Source of the DNA: an uncultured delta proteobacterium | GTDB lineage: Bacteria; Desulfobacterota; Desulfobacteria; Desulfobacterales; JAHEIW01 | Direction of reading: 5' to 3' | DNA: 64,000 nucleotides | NCBI GenBank assembly: GCA_963706575.1 | Contig: CAVPNL010000005.1 | Span: forward strand, 288,001 to 352,000 | Shown here: one piece after another, positions 10,037 to 19,335 of the stretch | Position numbering within the stretch: the stretch's first letter is position 1 | Layout of the letters: each line of letters begins with the position of its first letter | The notes under the pieces: generated by a model | What the model saw: the letters and a program-made list of their open reading frames with translations, nothing else | What the model was told of the DNA's origin: nothing | Database searches by the model: none | Position numbers and translations under genes: made by a program

Positions 10037-11071
10037 ATGCTAAAATCTTTCAAGGAAGTTCAGGAGCAAGAGGCGGCTTTTGATACCCGCGATCGCGGAA
10101 CCCGTATGGTTCCGTTGGACCGAATCGTCGGTAGCGTTGGCCGTTATCAAGATTTTGACGAACGCTTCCGGATCCGGTCCCATCTCCCCCCTGAAAGGCT
10201 GGAAAAAATAAGAAGCAAAATGAGAGCGGGTAAAACGCTGCCGCCGGTTAAGCTGTATCAAATCAAAAATGATTACTATGCCCTGGACGGCAATCATCGA
10301 ATCGCGGCTGCCAATGATCTCGGCTACGGGGAAATCCAAGCTCAAATTCTCGAGTTTCTGCCTTCGAAAGGCTCTAAAGAAAACCTGCTCTACCGTGAAA
10401 AAGCCCAGTTCGACGATCATACCCAGTTACCGTATTCCATTGAGCTGACTGATTTCGGCCAATACGAACACTTAATTGAGCAGATATCCAGACACCGGGA
10501 TTATCTTGAAAAGAACGCCGCCACACCGATTGCTCTTCAAAAAGCGGCCAAAGACTGGTATGAAACCATTTATAAACCGCTAATTGCCATTATTAAAAAA
10601 GGAGATCTGATCGGACACTTCCCGGGCAGAACCCTGGCGGATCTTTATACCTTCATATCCGCTCACCAATGGGAGCGCAAAGACCACGGACTCAGATATG
10701 GAATTGGAATCAGTCAACTGGTTCCCAAGAACATGGAGGATTTTCGGAAAAAAATGGCTAAATTAAAAGAGACCGAATACCCTGAAATGCTGCGGGAGAT
10801 TACCGCTTTTGTGCTGATAAACGCGTCGGCTAAAAAAGAGGTTCGTCTTGTCGACAAACTCATCAACCTTGACGAAGTAAAAGAAGTGCATTCAGTCCAC
10901 GGCAGTGTGGATATTATTGCCAAAATCGTGTTGAGGCGCGATCTGGTCTCCTCGGATGCTGAAACCATCGGAGATTTTATACATAACAAGATCCGGCAAC
11001 TTTCCGGTGTGATCAGTACCCAGACCTTAATCCCGGGCTACTCCAAAATAAAGAAGAAAGATGAAAATTAA
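10037..11071 (+). CDS. ParB/Srx-like N-domain, DUF4032-like middle and Lrp/AsnC ligand-binding C-domain protein
   Basis: IVGSVGRYQDF, LPPVKLY, YYALDGNHR (ParB-like); C-terminal AFVLI...VHSVHGSVDIIAK...GVISTQT (AsnC/RAM domain). Confidence 0.7.
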   Translation: MLKSFKEVQEQEAAFDTRDRGTRMVPLDRIVGSVGRYQDFDERFRIRSHLPPERLEKIRSKMRAGKTLPPVKLYQIKNDYYALDGNHRIAAANDLGYGEIQAQILEFLPSKGSKENLLYREKAQFDDHTQLPYSIELTDFGQYEHLIEQISRHRDYLEKNAATPIALQKAAKDWYETIYKPLIAIIKKGDLIGHFPGRTLADLYTFISAHQWERKDHGLRYGIGISQLVPKNMEDFRKKMAKLKETEYPEMLREITAFVLINASAKKEVRLVDKLINLDEVKEVHSVHGSVDIIAKIVLRRDLVSSDAETIGDFIHNKIRQLSGVISTQTLIPGYSKIKKKDEN

Positions 11072-11079
11072 ATCGGAGT

Positions 11080-11468
11080 TTACGATTCAGGCCATTTAAT
11101 GCCGTTGGACGGTTTGACGAGCTGTTTCCGAATAAACTCGTGAATCTGATCTGAAACATCTTTTGTCCAGGTAGCGAGCGACCCCGGCGCCGGTGCCAAC
11201 GGCGACCTGGGTAAAATTTCGATCCACCCGTTTAACTTCCACCGTGACGGGAGTACCATTCCCACGTCTTGCCAATATTTCGGTTCTTAATTCATCCGCT
11301 TTTTTCATTTAAAATAGATATTTCAAGATTTTCCAATGCATCCGTGCTGGCCTGAACCGCTTCATTATATTGCAATTGGTACGTTTTTATTAATTTGCCC
11401 TGAAGTTCGGCACAGCCGCCGGTCAACAGTGAAACAGACAGGCAGATGATGAGAAAGGCAGATTTCAT
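11080..11468 (-). CDS. DUF3568-like lipoprotein, split by two +1 frameshifts (probably sequencing errors)
   Basis: Lipobox LLTGGC; three overlapping ORF pieces (11292-11495, 11096-11308, 11080-11265) join into one protein of about 128 aa. Confidence 0.55.
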
Positions 11469-11678
11469 GTAATTATAATATCTTATTTTTGTCACGGAGT
11501 CAAAAATGATGCCATTCGAATTTCCAACTGGTTCGCGATCGTGATCTATTTTGTTGCGGTGAAGTGTTAACTTGTTAACTTTACACTTGTTAACATATGT
11601 AAACTAAATGAATCGGCAAGATCACCCCAATAATTAAATTTATATAATAAATACAAATAGATATAATGTTAACAGGGT

Positions 11679-11694
11679 TGGCACGATGATTGCT
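11679..11694 (+). promoter_or_regulatory. Sigma54 (-24/-12) promoter of the cytochrome-rhodanese-otr module
   Basis: TGGCACGATGATTGCT matches TGGCAC-N5-TTGC exactly; AT-rich flanks and upstream TGTTAAC repeats. Confidence 0.8.
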
Positions 11695-11819
11695 ATTTAT
11701 TTTCTTATTTATAAGGTAGCAGCTATGAACCATCCTGCAAACTAGGCGATTGGCATTTAAATTTTCTACTTAAACTCAACAATTATAAATAAACAGAAAT
11801 TTCATTAAAAGGAGGAACC

Positions 11820-12165
11820 ATGTTCAAAAAGATATTTTTAACCATGTTGGCACTTGTTTTTTGTTTTCAGCACCGTGGGGGTCAGCTTTGCGCTGGATAA
11901 AGGCAACAAGCGCAAAGGCAAATACACCTACCGCAAAGTTTACAAGGCCTGTTTTGAGCGCGGAGAGGTTGAATCCAAGGTGCCGCCCATCAGCCCGGCC
12001 GACAAGACCCAGGCGGAGTGGACATCTGTTTTCGAGTCAAAGAAATTTGAGATGTTTGGATGCGATGAAGAGTGGGCACAACTGTCGGAAATTGAAGTTA
12101 CTGATATCTATACGTATTTGCATGATCATGCCTTTGATTCACCCACACCGGCGAAATGCAAATAA
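11820..12165 (+). CDS. Small exported cytochrome-c-like protein lacking a full CxxCH (one +1 frameshift in the signal peptide)
   Basis: AGGAGG RBS and ATG 11820 (MFKKIFLTMLAL) join ORF 11854..12165 across a T-run. GNKRKGKYTYRKVYKAC resembles a class I cytochrome c N-terminus; C-terminus HAFDSPTPAKCK. Confidence 0.55.
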
Positions 12166-12245
12166 CTGCAGGATTCCATCAGGGTCAATTAAAGGAGGGG
12201 GCGTTAATTCCGCTTTCAAACCCATAGAAAATAAAGAAGGAGGTT

Positions 12246-13366
12246 ATGATGCGTTTAACAAAATTGACGGCATTATCTTTTGTGCTCTGCCTAGTTCTGG
12301 CATTCGCTTTTGGATGTGCCGGCACCCAGAAGACAGCCGAGCCGGCCAAAGCCGACTGGCAGTTTCACGACATTGTGGATGTGGGGTTTGTGCAGCCGTA
12401 CGCCACGGTGCCCCAGCCCGAAGGGGTGATGATCATTGATGCGCGGCCCTATCAGCCCAAATACGCCAACGGTCACATTCCCACGGCCATCAGTATTCCG
12501 GACAGCCAGTTTGACAAAATGACCGACAAACTGCCCGAGGATAAGAATGCGCTTCTGATCTTTTATTGCGACGGCCCCACCTGAAAGCTGAGTCACAAAT
12601 CCGCCTGGAAGGCGGAAAAACTGGGTTACAGCAACGTTAAGGTGTTTGCCGCGGGTTTTCCGGCCTGGATGAAAGCCAAAGGCAATTATGCGGCGGTTTC
12701 CGTTGAATACGTGGCCAAACAGGTCGAGTCCAATGCAGGCCATCGTCATCGATTCACGGCCCAAAAAACCCAAGTATGACAAGGGCCATATTCCTTCGGC
12801 CATCAGCATTCCCGACAGCGAGTTTGACAAGCTGCAGGGCAAGTTGCCCCGGGACAGCGAAACACCGCTGATTTTTTACTGTGACGGTTTTACCTGAAAG
12901 TTGAGCCATCAATCCGCCCGGAGGGCGGTCCAGCTGGGCTATACGAATGTCAAGGTGTTTGCCGCGGGCTATCCGGCCTGGAAAAAGGCATACGGTGCAG
13001 CGCCGGCAGCCGTTGCGGTTAAGGCCGGCAGCGCAGAAGGCTCGATCGACATCGCCACCTTTGAAAAGATCATAAAAGAAAATCCGCAGAGCATTATGCT
13101 CATCGATGTGCGCGATCCCGATGAGTTTGCGGCCGGGTCGTTTAAAACCGCCGTTAATATTCCCACCGACGAACTGGAGAAAAAAATTCGCCACCCTGCC
13201 GGCAGATAAACCCATCGTGTTTGTCTGTAACACCGGTGCCAGAAGCGGTGAGGCGTTTTACATGGTCCAGGATATCCGGCCGGAGATGAAAAAGGTCTAT
13301 TACCTGGAAGCTGAAACGATCTATAACAAGGACGGATCGGTTAAGATTACCAAGCCGGCTTCCTAA
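12246..13366 (+). CDS. Three-domain rhodanese lipoprotein with two selenocysteines (UGA 12582-12584 and 12895-12897), about 372 aa; two +1 frameshifts
   Basis: Lipobox LAFAFGC. Domain 1 IFYCDGPT-U-KLSHKSA, domain 2 IFYCDGFT-U-KLSHQSA, domain 3 VFVCNTGARS. GHIP/IDARP rhodanese signatures; a SECIS hairpin follows each UGA. Confidence 0.88.
12600..12616 (+). promoter_or_regulatory. Bacterial SECIS hairpin (rhodanese Sec1)
   Basis: TCCGCCT-GGA-AGGCGGA, starting 15 nt after the UGA. Confidence 0.75.
12914..12928 (+). promoter_or_regulatory. Bacterial SECIS hairpin (rhodanese Sec2)
   Basis: CCGCCC-GGA-GGGCGG, with the loop at the same distance from the UGA as SECIS1 and a compensatory T-A to C-G closing pair. 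Confidence 0.75.
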
Positions 13367-13401
13367 CGTTTAATTGAATACAAGAATGCATAGAGACGAT
13401 T

Positions 13402-13429
13402 GCAGCCGTTCCTTCCGGGGACGGCTGCA
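13402..13429 (+). terminator. Hairpin after the rhodanese gene (weak terminator or stability element)
   Basis: GCAGCCGTTCC-ttcc-GGGGACGGCTGC with only a short U-tract. Confidence 0.45.
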
Positions 13430-13460
13430 TTCACTGATAAGCATAGGGGCTTTGCCCCAG

Positions 13461-13581
13461 TTGGAATGATGGAACAATGGAATGTATGGGATAATGGGTT
13501 TAAAAAAACTGAATTCAGAACGGCAAATTAAGCTTCTTTTCTTACCCAGTATTCCAATTTTCCACTATTCCATTATTCCAT
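13461..13581. repeat. Inverted short-tandem repeat (TGGAAT units versus ATTCCA units)
   Basis: TTGGAATGATGGAACAATGGAAT ... TATTCCAATTTTCCACTATTCCATTATTCCA. Confidence 0.65.
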
Positions 13582-13671
13582 GTGGCTGACAAAAACAGAT
13601 AGCCACAAAAAGTATTACAATTCCAAAAAGTTATAGAAATTCCGAGACGTTTAATTACAGGGGAGTCAACA

Positions 13672-15322
13672 ATGAAAGCAGTAGAAAAGAAGAATTCTTT
13701 TCTTAAATATATTATCCTGATAATGGCCGGGTTGATGCTGTGGTGTACCGTGTTATTTGCTGCACAGAGCGATGAGAGCCAGGCGCCCGGGCGCACCATG
13801 GCCCAGCAGGCCACCAAGGGCCAAAAGGTCTGGAATACCACCGATCATACCAAACACAAAGCCTTGCAGCAAGGATTTTAAATCCGGCCTGGAGGTCACC
13901 CAGGCCTGTCTTTCCTGTCATTCCGAAGCCGAAGCCCAGTTTCACAAAACCGATTCACTGGACCTGGCTGGCCGATCCGGCGGACAAAAACAAACAGTTC
14001 GGCAAAGCCGGAAATTCTCTCAATAATTTCTGTATTTCAACCAACAAAACCAAAGACAAGGGCTGTCTGTCCTGCCATCCGGGATGGGGCACCTCCAGGG
14101 ATAAGGGGATCAACTGTCTGGTCTGTCACAGTCGAAAAGGAAATGAACTGGGATGAAGCCATGACAGATATCAAGGCTTTTCTCGAAGCCGGCGATGAGG
14201 ATTCGCTGGAAATTGCCAGAGAGATCCAGGCCGAGCTGCGCGAAGCGGCCCAGAGCATGTGGTCGACCCGGCCGCAAAAATTGCGGGTCCTGCCATTTTT
14301 ACGGCGGCGGCGGTGACGGGGTGAAACACGGCGACCTGGATACCTCTCTGGCCAAACCCAATAAGGCCCTGGATGTCCACATGGGCGTCGACGGCCGCAA
14401 TTTTGACTTGTGTGCGCTGTCACACCACCAACCTGCATAATATTGCCGGTCGGGTTTATACACTGCCGGCGGCAGCGGAGCGCAAGAGCCTGGTGGAAGA
14501 TGATTTGGCCTCCAAGATCACCTGCGAATCCTGTCACACCCAGTACGCCCCACAAAGCCGGGTCCAAGGCCAACGATCATACGGACAAGGTGGCCTGCCA
14601 GAGCTGTCATATTCCGGAGTTTGCCCGGGTGAATCCCACCAAGATGTCCTGGGATTGGGCCCAGGCCGGCAGAAAAAAAGACGGCAAAAAATACAAGACC
14701 AAAGACGAGTTCGGCAAATTCGATTATATGACCATCAAGGGTCAGATGAAGTGGGCCAAAAATATCAAACCTGAATATCTCTGGTATAACGGCATCATTA
14801 AATCAGTGACGGCCAAGGATCAAATTGATCCCGGCCAGCCGGTAAAAGTTTCCTGGCCAGAGGGCAGCCGGTTGGATCCCAACGCCCGCATCTATCCGTT
14901 TAAAGTCCATCGCGGCAAACAGCCATACGACAAGGAGCACAATACACTGCTGGTACCGCTGCTGTCCGGCAAAGATGGTTACTGGACGACCCTGGATTGG
15001 AATCGGGCCCTGAGTAAAGGCCAGGAAGCTGTGGATCTGCCTTTTTCAGGCCGGTTTGATTTTGTGGAGACCACCTATGTATTTCCGATTACCCATATGG
15101 TGGCGCCCAAAGAAAACGCCCTGGCCTGCAGCGAGTGCCACAGTCGACAGGACAGCCGTCTGGCGAATCTGGGCGGTTTCTACATGCCCGGGCGGGATCG
15201 GGGTCAATTGGCTCGATATCTTGGGCTGGATCGCTGTGTTAGGCGCTTTAGCCGGGGTGGTTCTGCACGGCGCGGGTCGATTTTTTGCCAACGGCAAAAA
15301 CAACAAAAACAGCGCGAAATAA
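13672..15322 (+). CDS. otr: Octaheme tetrathionate-reductase (OTR)-family cytochrome c with C-terminal membrane anchor, about 547 aa; seven +1 frameshifts
   Basis: Reassembled frames give eight CxxCH motifs (CLSCH, CLSCH, CLVCH, CGSCH, CVRCH, CESCH, CQSCH, CSECH) and OTR signatures TTDH, IHWTW, NNFC, GGGGDGVKHGDLD, TKMSWDW, ITHMVAPKE; C-terminal TM WIAVLGALAGVVLH. Confidence 0.85.
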
Positions 15323-15362
15323 TTCATCGCCGTAAAAGGCTTGTCCTAATGGAACGCGGTAC

Positions 15363-15398
15363 AAAAAGGGGGTCCGCCCGAGGCGGATTCCCTTTTTT
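15363..15398 (+). terminator. Intrinsic terminator after otr
   Basis: AAAAAGGGGGTCCGCC-cga-GGCGGATTCCCTTTTTT. Confidence 0.75.
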
Positions 15399-15481
15399 CT
15401 TTTCTGCTTGCAGATTTAATCAAATTGGTTCAAAATTAATCCGCCCGTAAACATCTGACCCCGAAGCATGGAAGCTAAAAA

Positions 15482-15889
15482 ATGGGAAAACCAAAAATCC
15501 TGGTGGTGGATGACGAGCGTGACATGCGCATATTTGTCTCGACAGTCGCCGAAACCCTGGGTTTTGAAGCCATTGTTGCCAAAGATGGAGCCGAAGCGCT
15601 GCTGAAGGCGGGTTCGAACCCGCCCGCGCTGGTCATCCTTGATGTCATGATGCCGAAAATCGACGACGGCATCCAAACCTATCGGCAATTTAGAACCGAC
15701 CCAAATCTTTCGCATATACCGATAATCATGCTGTCGGCCATTGCAGAAAAAACCTTCTTGCACTCCATTAAAATGTTAAGCCCCCAGCAAGGCCATCAGC
15801 TGCCCGACCCCGAGGCCTATATGGAAAAACCACCGGATGCAAATGAGCTAAGCCGGCTGATAAGCACGCTGTTACCGGCCGATACTTAA
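15482..15889 (+). CDS. Single-domain response regulator (DVU0259/DivK-like)
   Basis: VVDDE, ILDVMMP, EKP receiver motifs; no output domain. Confidence 0.88.
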   Translation: MGKPKILVVDDERDMRIFVSTVAETLGFEAIVAKDGAEALLKAGSNPPALVILDVMMPKIDDGIQTYRQFRTDPNLSHIPIIMLSAIAEKTFLHSIKMLSPQQGHQLPDPEAYMEKPPDANELSRLISTLLPADT

Positions 15890-15919
15890 ATTTTTTGAAA
15901 CACCCCAAACGGTATAACC

Positions 15920-18196
15920 ATGGTCGCTGCATTTAAAAAAATTCGCAATAGTATTGTTTCAAAACTCACGATTCTGGTCGGTTTTGTCTTGCTGATCAGC
16001 ATATCGGTGTGGTCCTATTTTAACATCGACTATCAACAAAAGAAGGCGATGGCGGGCATCTTTGAAGCGGCTGATGGATTATCCCACGCCATCAAGCTCG
16101 GCACCCATTATGCCATGATGAACAATTTAAGGGATGATCTGACCCAGATCATCAAAAACATCGCCAGAGAAAAAAAGCTTAAAAACATACGGATTTACAA
16201 TAAAAACGGGGAAATAAAATTTTCAAACATGGATTCGGAACTGGATCGGATGACCAACATAAAAGATGAAGCCTGTTACATCTGCCACCGCACGGATCCG
16301 CCCCTTTCCGAACTGAACCTGTTGGAAAGAACGCGCATTTTTACCTCCCCTCAGGGCTATCGACTTCTGGGTATCATCAGCCCCATATACAGCGAGCCGG
16401 GGTGCGCATCGAGTGCTTGCCACGCCCATCCGGCTGACAAAAAGGTTCTAGGCGCCCTGGATCTGGTGATATCGCTGGACCAGACCGATAAAGAAATAGC
16501 CTTGTTTAAAAACTGGCTGATTGCTTTTGCGGTTTTTGTCTTTGTGATCACTTCGGCGGTGATCATCTTTTTTGTTTTGCGATTTGTGAAACGGCCCATC
16601 AAGCAAATGATAAACGGCACGCACCTGATTGCCAACGGCGAGTATTTGAATCAGATCGATGTGGATCAGGGTGATGAAATGGGGCAGCTGTCGGTTGCGA
16701 TTGACAAGATGGGCAAAAAAATCGGCGAAAAACAGGCCGAACTGAACCGGCAGCGCAATGAATACCAGAATCTGTTCGAACGGGTTCCCTGCATCATCAC
16801 GGTTCAGGATCGCGACTATAAACTGGTCCGGTATAATAAAGAATTTTATGAAAAATTCAAACCCAAGAACGGCGATTATTGTTACGCTGCCTATAAAGGT
16901 CGTAAGGAAAAATGCGTGATCTGCCCGGTTGAAAGAACCTTTGAAGACGGTTTATCGCACTTCAGCGAGGAAAGGGGGGTCAACAAGGATGGGACCCCTA
17001 CCCATTGGATTGTCAATACTTCTCCGATAAAAGATGAAAATGGTGAAATTGTGGCCGCCATGGAGATGAGTCTCGATGTCACCCAAACCAAAATACTGGA
17101 GGAACAACTCGAAAAATCCGAAAAAAAATACTACGCCATATTTGATAACATACCCAATCCGGTTTTTGTTCTGGATATGGATACCCTCAAGATCCTGGAT
17201 TGCAACACCAGCGTTGAAGGGGTTTATGGGTATACCAAGGATGAGATGATTGAAAGATCCTTTTTGGAACTGTTCAGGCAAGAAGAACACGATCATTACA
17301 GGACATTGATAAAAACGACCTCCGTCATAAACCAGGTCAGACATCTGAACAAAAATGGTGGCTCACTTTTCGTTGATATCCGGATATCACCCTCTGAATA
17401 TCCTGGAGAAAAAGTCTATCTGGTAACGACCAGCGATATTACCCAACGGCTGGAAACCGAACAGCAACTCATACAGGCCAGCAAAATGGCAACTTTGGGC
17501 GAAATGGCCACAGGCGTGGCGCATGAGCTCAATCAGCCCCTTTCTGTCATCAAGACGGCCAGTCAGTTTTTTATGAAAAAGATCCGCAAAAAAGAAAAGA
17601 TCGAAGATGATATTCTGTTTAGCATGACAGAGGAGATCGATGCCTATGTTGACCGTGCCGCCAAAATCATCAATCACATGCGCCAATTTGGACGAATGTC
17701 GGATATCACCCTGGAAAAAATTCAGGTTAACACGGTGCTGAAAAATGCGCTCGAAATCCTGGGACAACAGCTGAAAGTCAGGGGAATCGAGGTGATCTGG
17801 GATCTTGAGGATGATCTTCCTTTGATCATGGCGGACTCTGATCGGCTGGAACAGGTTTTTGTCAATCTATTGATTAATGCGCGGGATGCCATCGATGAAC
17901 GCTGGCAATCGCAACCCCATCAAAAGGGTGACAAAAAAATTATTTTGAAAACGAAATCAGGTCCCCGTGAGATTGCCGTGGAGATCAGAGATACGGGAGC
18001 GGGGATCCCGGATCCTATTTTAGAGCGAATATTCGAGCCGTTTTTTACGACCAAAAAAGTGGGGCAGGGTACCGGTCTGGGTCTTTCCATAAGTTACGGA
18101 ATCATCAAGGATTGTAAAGGCCGCATTCAGGCCGTCGCCCGCAAAGATGGCGGCGCCGGTTTTATTATCAAATTTCCCATTGCGGAAGAAGACTGA
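15920..18196 (+). CDS. Sensor histidine kinase: periplasmic heme-c-motif domain, HAMP, PAS-PAS, HisKA-HATPase
   Basis: Two TM helices flank CYICH and CASSACH; HAMP DEMGQL; H-box [14 protein letters not shown]. Confidence 0.9.
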   Translation: MVAAFKKIRNSIVSKLTILVGFVLLISISVWSYFNIDYQQKKAMAGIFEAADGLSHAIKLGTHYAMMNNLRDDLTQIIKNIAREKKLKNIRIYNKNGEIKFSNMDSELDRMTNIKDEACYICHRTDPPLSELNLLERTRIFTSPQGYRLLGIISPIYSEPGCASSACHAHPADKKVLGALDLVISLDQTDKEIALFKNWLIAFAVFVFVITSAVIIFFVLRFVKRPIKQMINGTHLIANGEYLNQIDVDQGDEMGQLSVAIDKMGKKIGEKQAELNRQRNEYQNLFERVPCIITVQDRDYKLVRYNKEFYEKFKPKNGDYCYAAYKGRKEKCVICPVERTFEDGLSHFSEERGVNKDGTPTHWIVNTSPIKDENGEIVAAMEMSLDVTQTKILEEQLEKSEKKYYAIFDNIPNPVFVLDMDTLKILDCNTSVEGVYGYTKDEMIERSFLELFRQEEHDHYRTLIKTTSVINQVRHLNKNGGSLFVDIRISPSEYPGEKVYLVTTSDITQRLETEQQLIQASKMATLGEMATGVAHELNQPLSVIKTASQFFMKKIRKKEKIEDDILFSMTEEIDAYVDRAAKIINHMRQFGRMSDITLEKIQVNTVLKNALEILGQQLKVRGIEVIWDLEDDLPLIMADSDRLEQVFVNLLINARDAIDERWQSQPHQKGDKKIILKTKSGPREIAVEIRDTGAGIPDPILERIFEPFFTTKKVGQGTGLGLSISYGIIKDCKGRIQAVARKDGGAGFIIKFPIAEED

Positions 18197-19335
18197 TGGA
18201 AAAATCCATTTTACTCGTTGATGATGAAGGCGGCATTCGCAAGGTGCTCGGCATCGCCCTGGCGGATATGGGGTACCAGGTGCGTACTGCCGAAAATGGT
18301 GTGGAAGCCCTGCGCATATTCAAAGATGAGCTGCCGCCGATTGTGCTGACCGATATTAAAATGCCCGAGATGGATGGTATTGAGCTTTTGCGCCGCTTAA
18401 AAAAAATAAGCCCGGATACGGAAGTCATCATGGTTACCGGTCACGGCGATATGGATCTGGCCATTAAAAGCGTTAAATATGAAGCCACCGATTTTGTCAC
18501 CAAACCCATCAACGCTGAAGTGCTGGAAATTGCCTTAAATCGCGCGCAGGAACGAATTGCCATGCGTCGAAAAATCAATGAATACACCCAAAATCTTGAA
18601 CAGCTGGTGCGGGATAAGACCCAAAAACTTCTTGAAGCCGAGCGGCTGGCGGCTGTCGGGCAAACGGTAGCGGGGCTTTCACATGCCATAAAGAATATTA
18701 CCGGGGGTCTTAAAGGGGGTGCATTTGTACTGGAAAAAGGGATCGAGCTCAGTGATCAAAAATATTTGCTGCAGGGCTGGGAAATGATCAGGGGTAATGT
18801 CGATAAGATTACCAACCTGTCTATGGATTTGCTCAATTATGCCAAAGCGACCGACCTGAATGTTCAGCCCTGTGATCCCAGGCAACCGGCTCAGGAAGTC
18901 ATTGATCTCATGCACCCGCGGGCGCAGGAACTGGGCATTGAACTGGTCAGCGATTTTTCGCAAAATCTTAGTCCCTGTCAGTTTGATTCGGATCTCATTT
19001 GCCGCTGCCTGCTGAACCTGGTGACCAATGCCATTGATGCCTGCAGGAATGATAGCCCGGACGCCCCAGCCAAAATGGTGACTGTCCGCATAAAAAAAAC
19101 CCGCGGCTGGGGGGTTGAATACCAGGTGCTGGATAATGGCTGCGGCATGAACGCTGCCACCCAAAAGAACATCTTCAAACAGTTTTTTTCGACCAAAGGG
19201 TCTGAGGGTACCGGCATTGGGCTGATGATCACCAAGAAAATAGTCGATGAACATAACGGTGTGATCAAAGTTGAATCGAAAGAAGGTGCCGGTTCCAAAT
19301 TTTTCATCAAACTCCCCAAAAAGCCAGATGAATGA
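18196..19335 (+). CDS. Receiver-histidine kinase hybrid
   Basis: LVDDE, LTDIKMP receiver followed by SHAIKN H-box and GTGIGL. Confidence 0.9.
   Translation: MEKSILLVDDEGGIRKVLGIALADMGYQVRTAENGVEALRIFKDELPPIVLTDIKMPEMDGIELLRRLKKISPDTEVIMVTGHGDMDLAIKSVKYEATDFVTKPINAEVLEIALNRAQERIAMRRKINEYTQNLEQLVRDKTQKLLEAERLAAVGQTVAGLSHAIKNITGGLKGGAFVLEKGIELSDQKYLLQGWEMIRGNVDKITNLSMDLLNYAKATDLNVQPCDPRQPAQEVIDLMHPRAQELGIELVSDFSQNLSPCQFDSDLICRCLLNLVTNAIDACRNDSPDAPAKMVTVRIKKTRGWGVEYQVLDNGCGMNAATQKNIFKQFFSTKGSEGTGIGLMITKKIVDEHNGVIKVESKEGAGSKFFIKLPKKPDE

Noticed and set aside
11080..15322. Programmed frameshifting or phase variation in the rhodanese/otr region
   Set aside because: There are too many shifts, many outside slippery runs, all in the same direction; sequencing error is more parsimonious.
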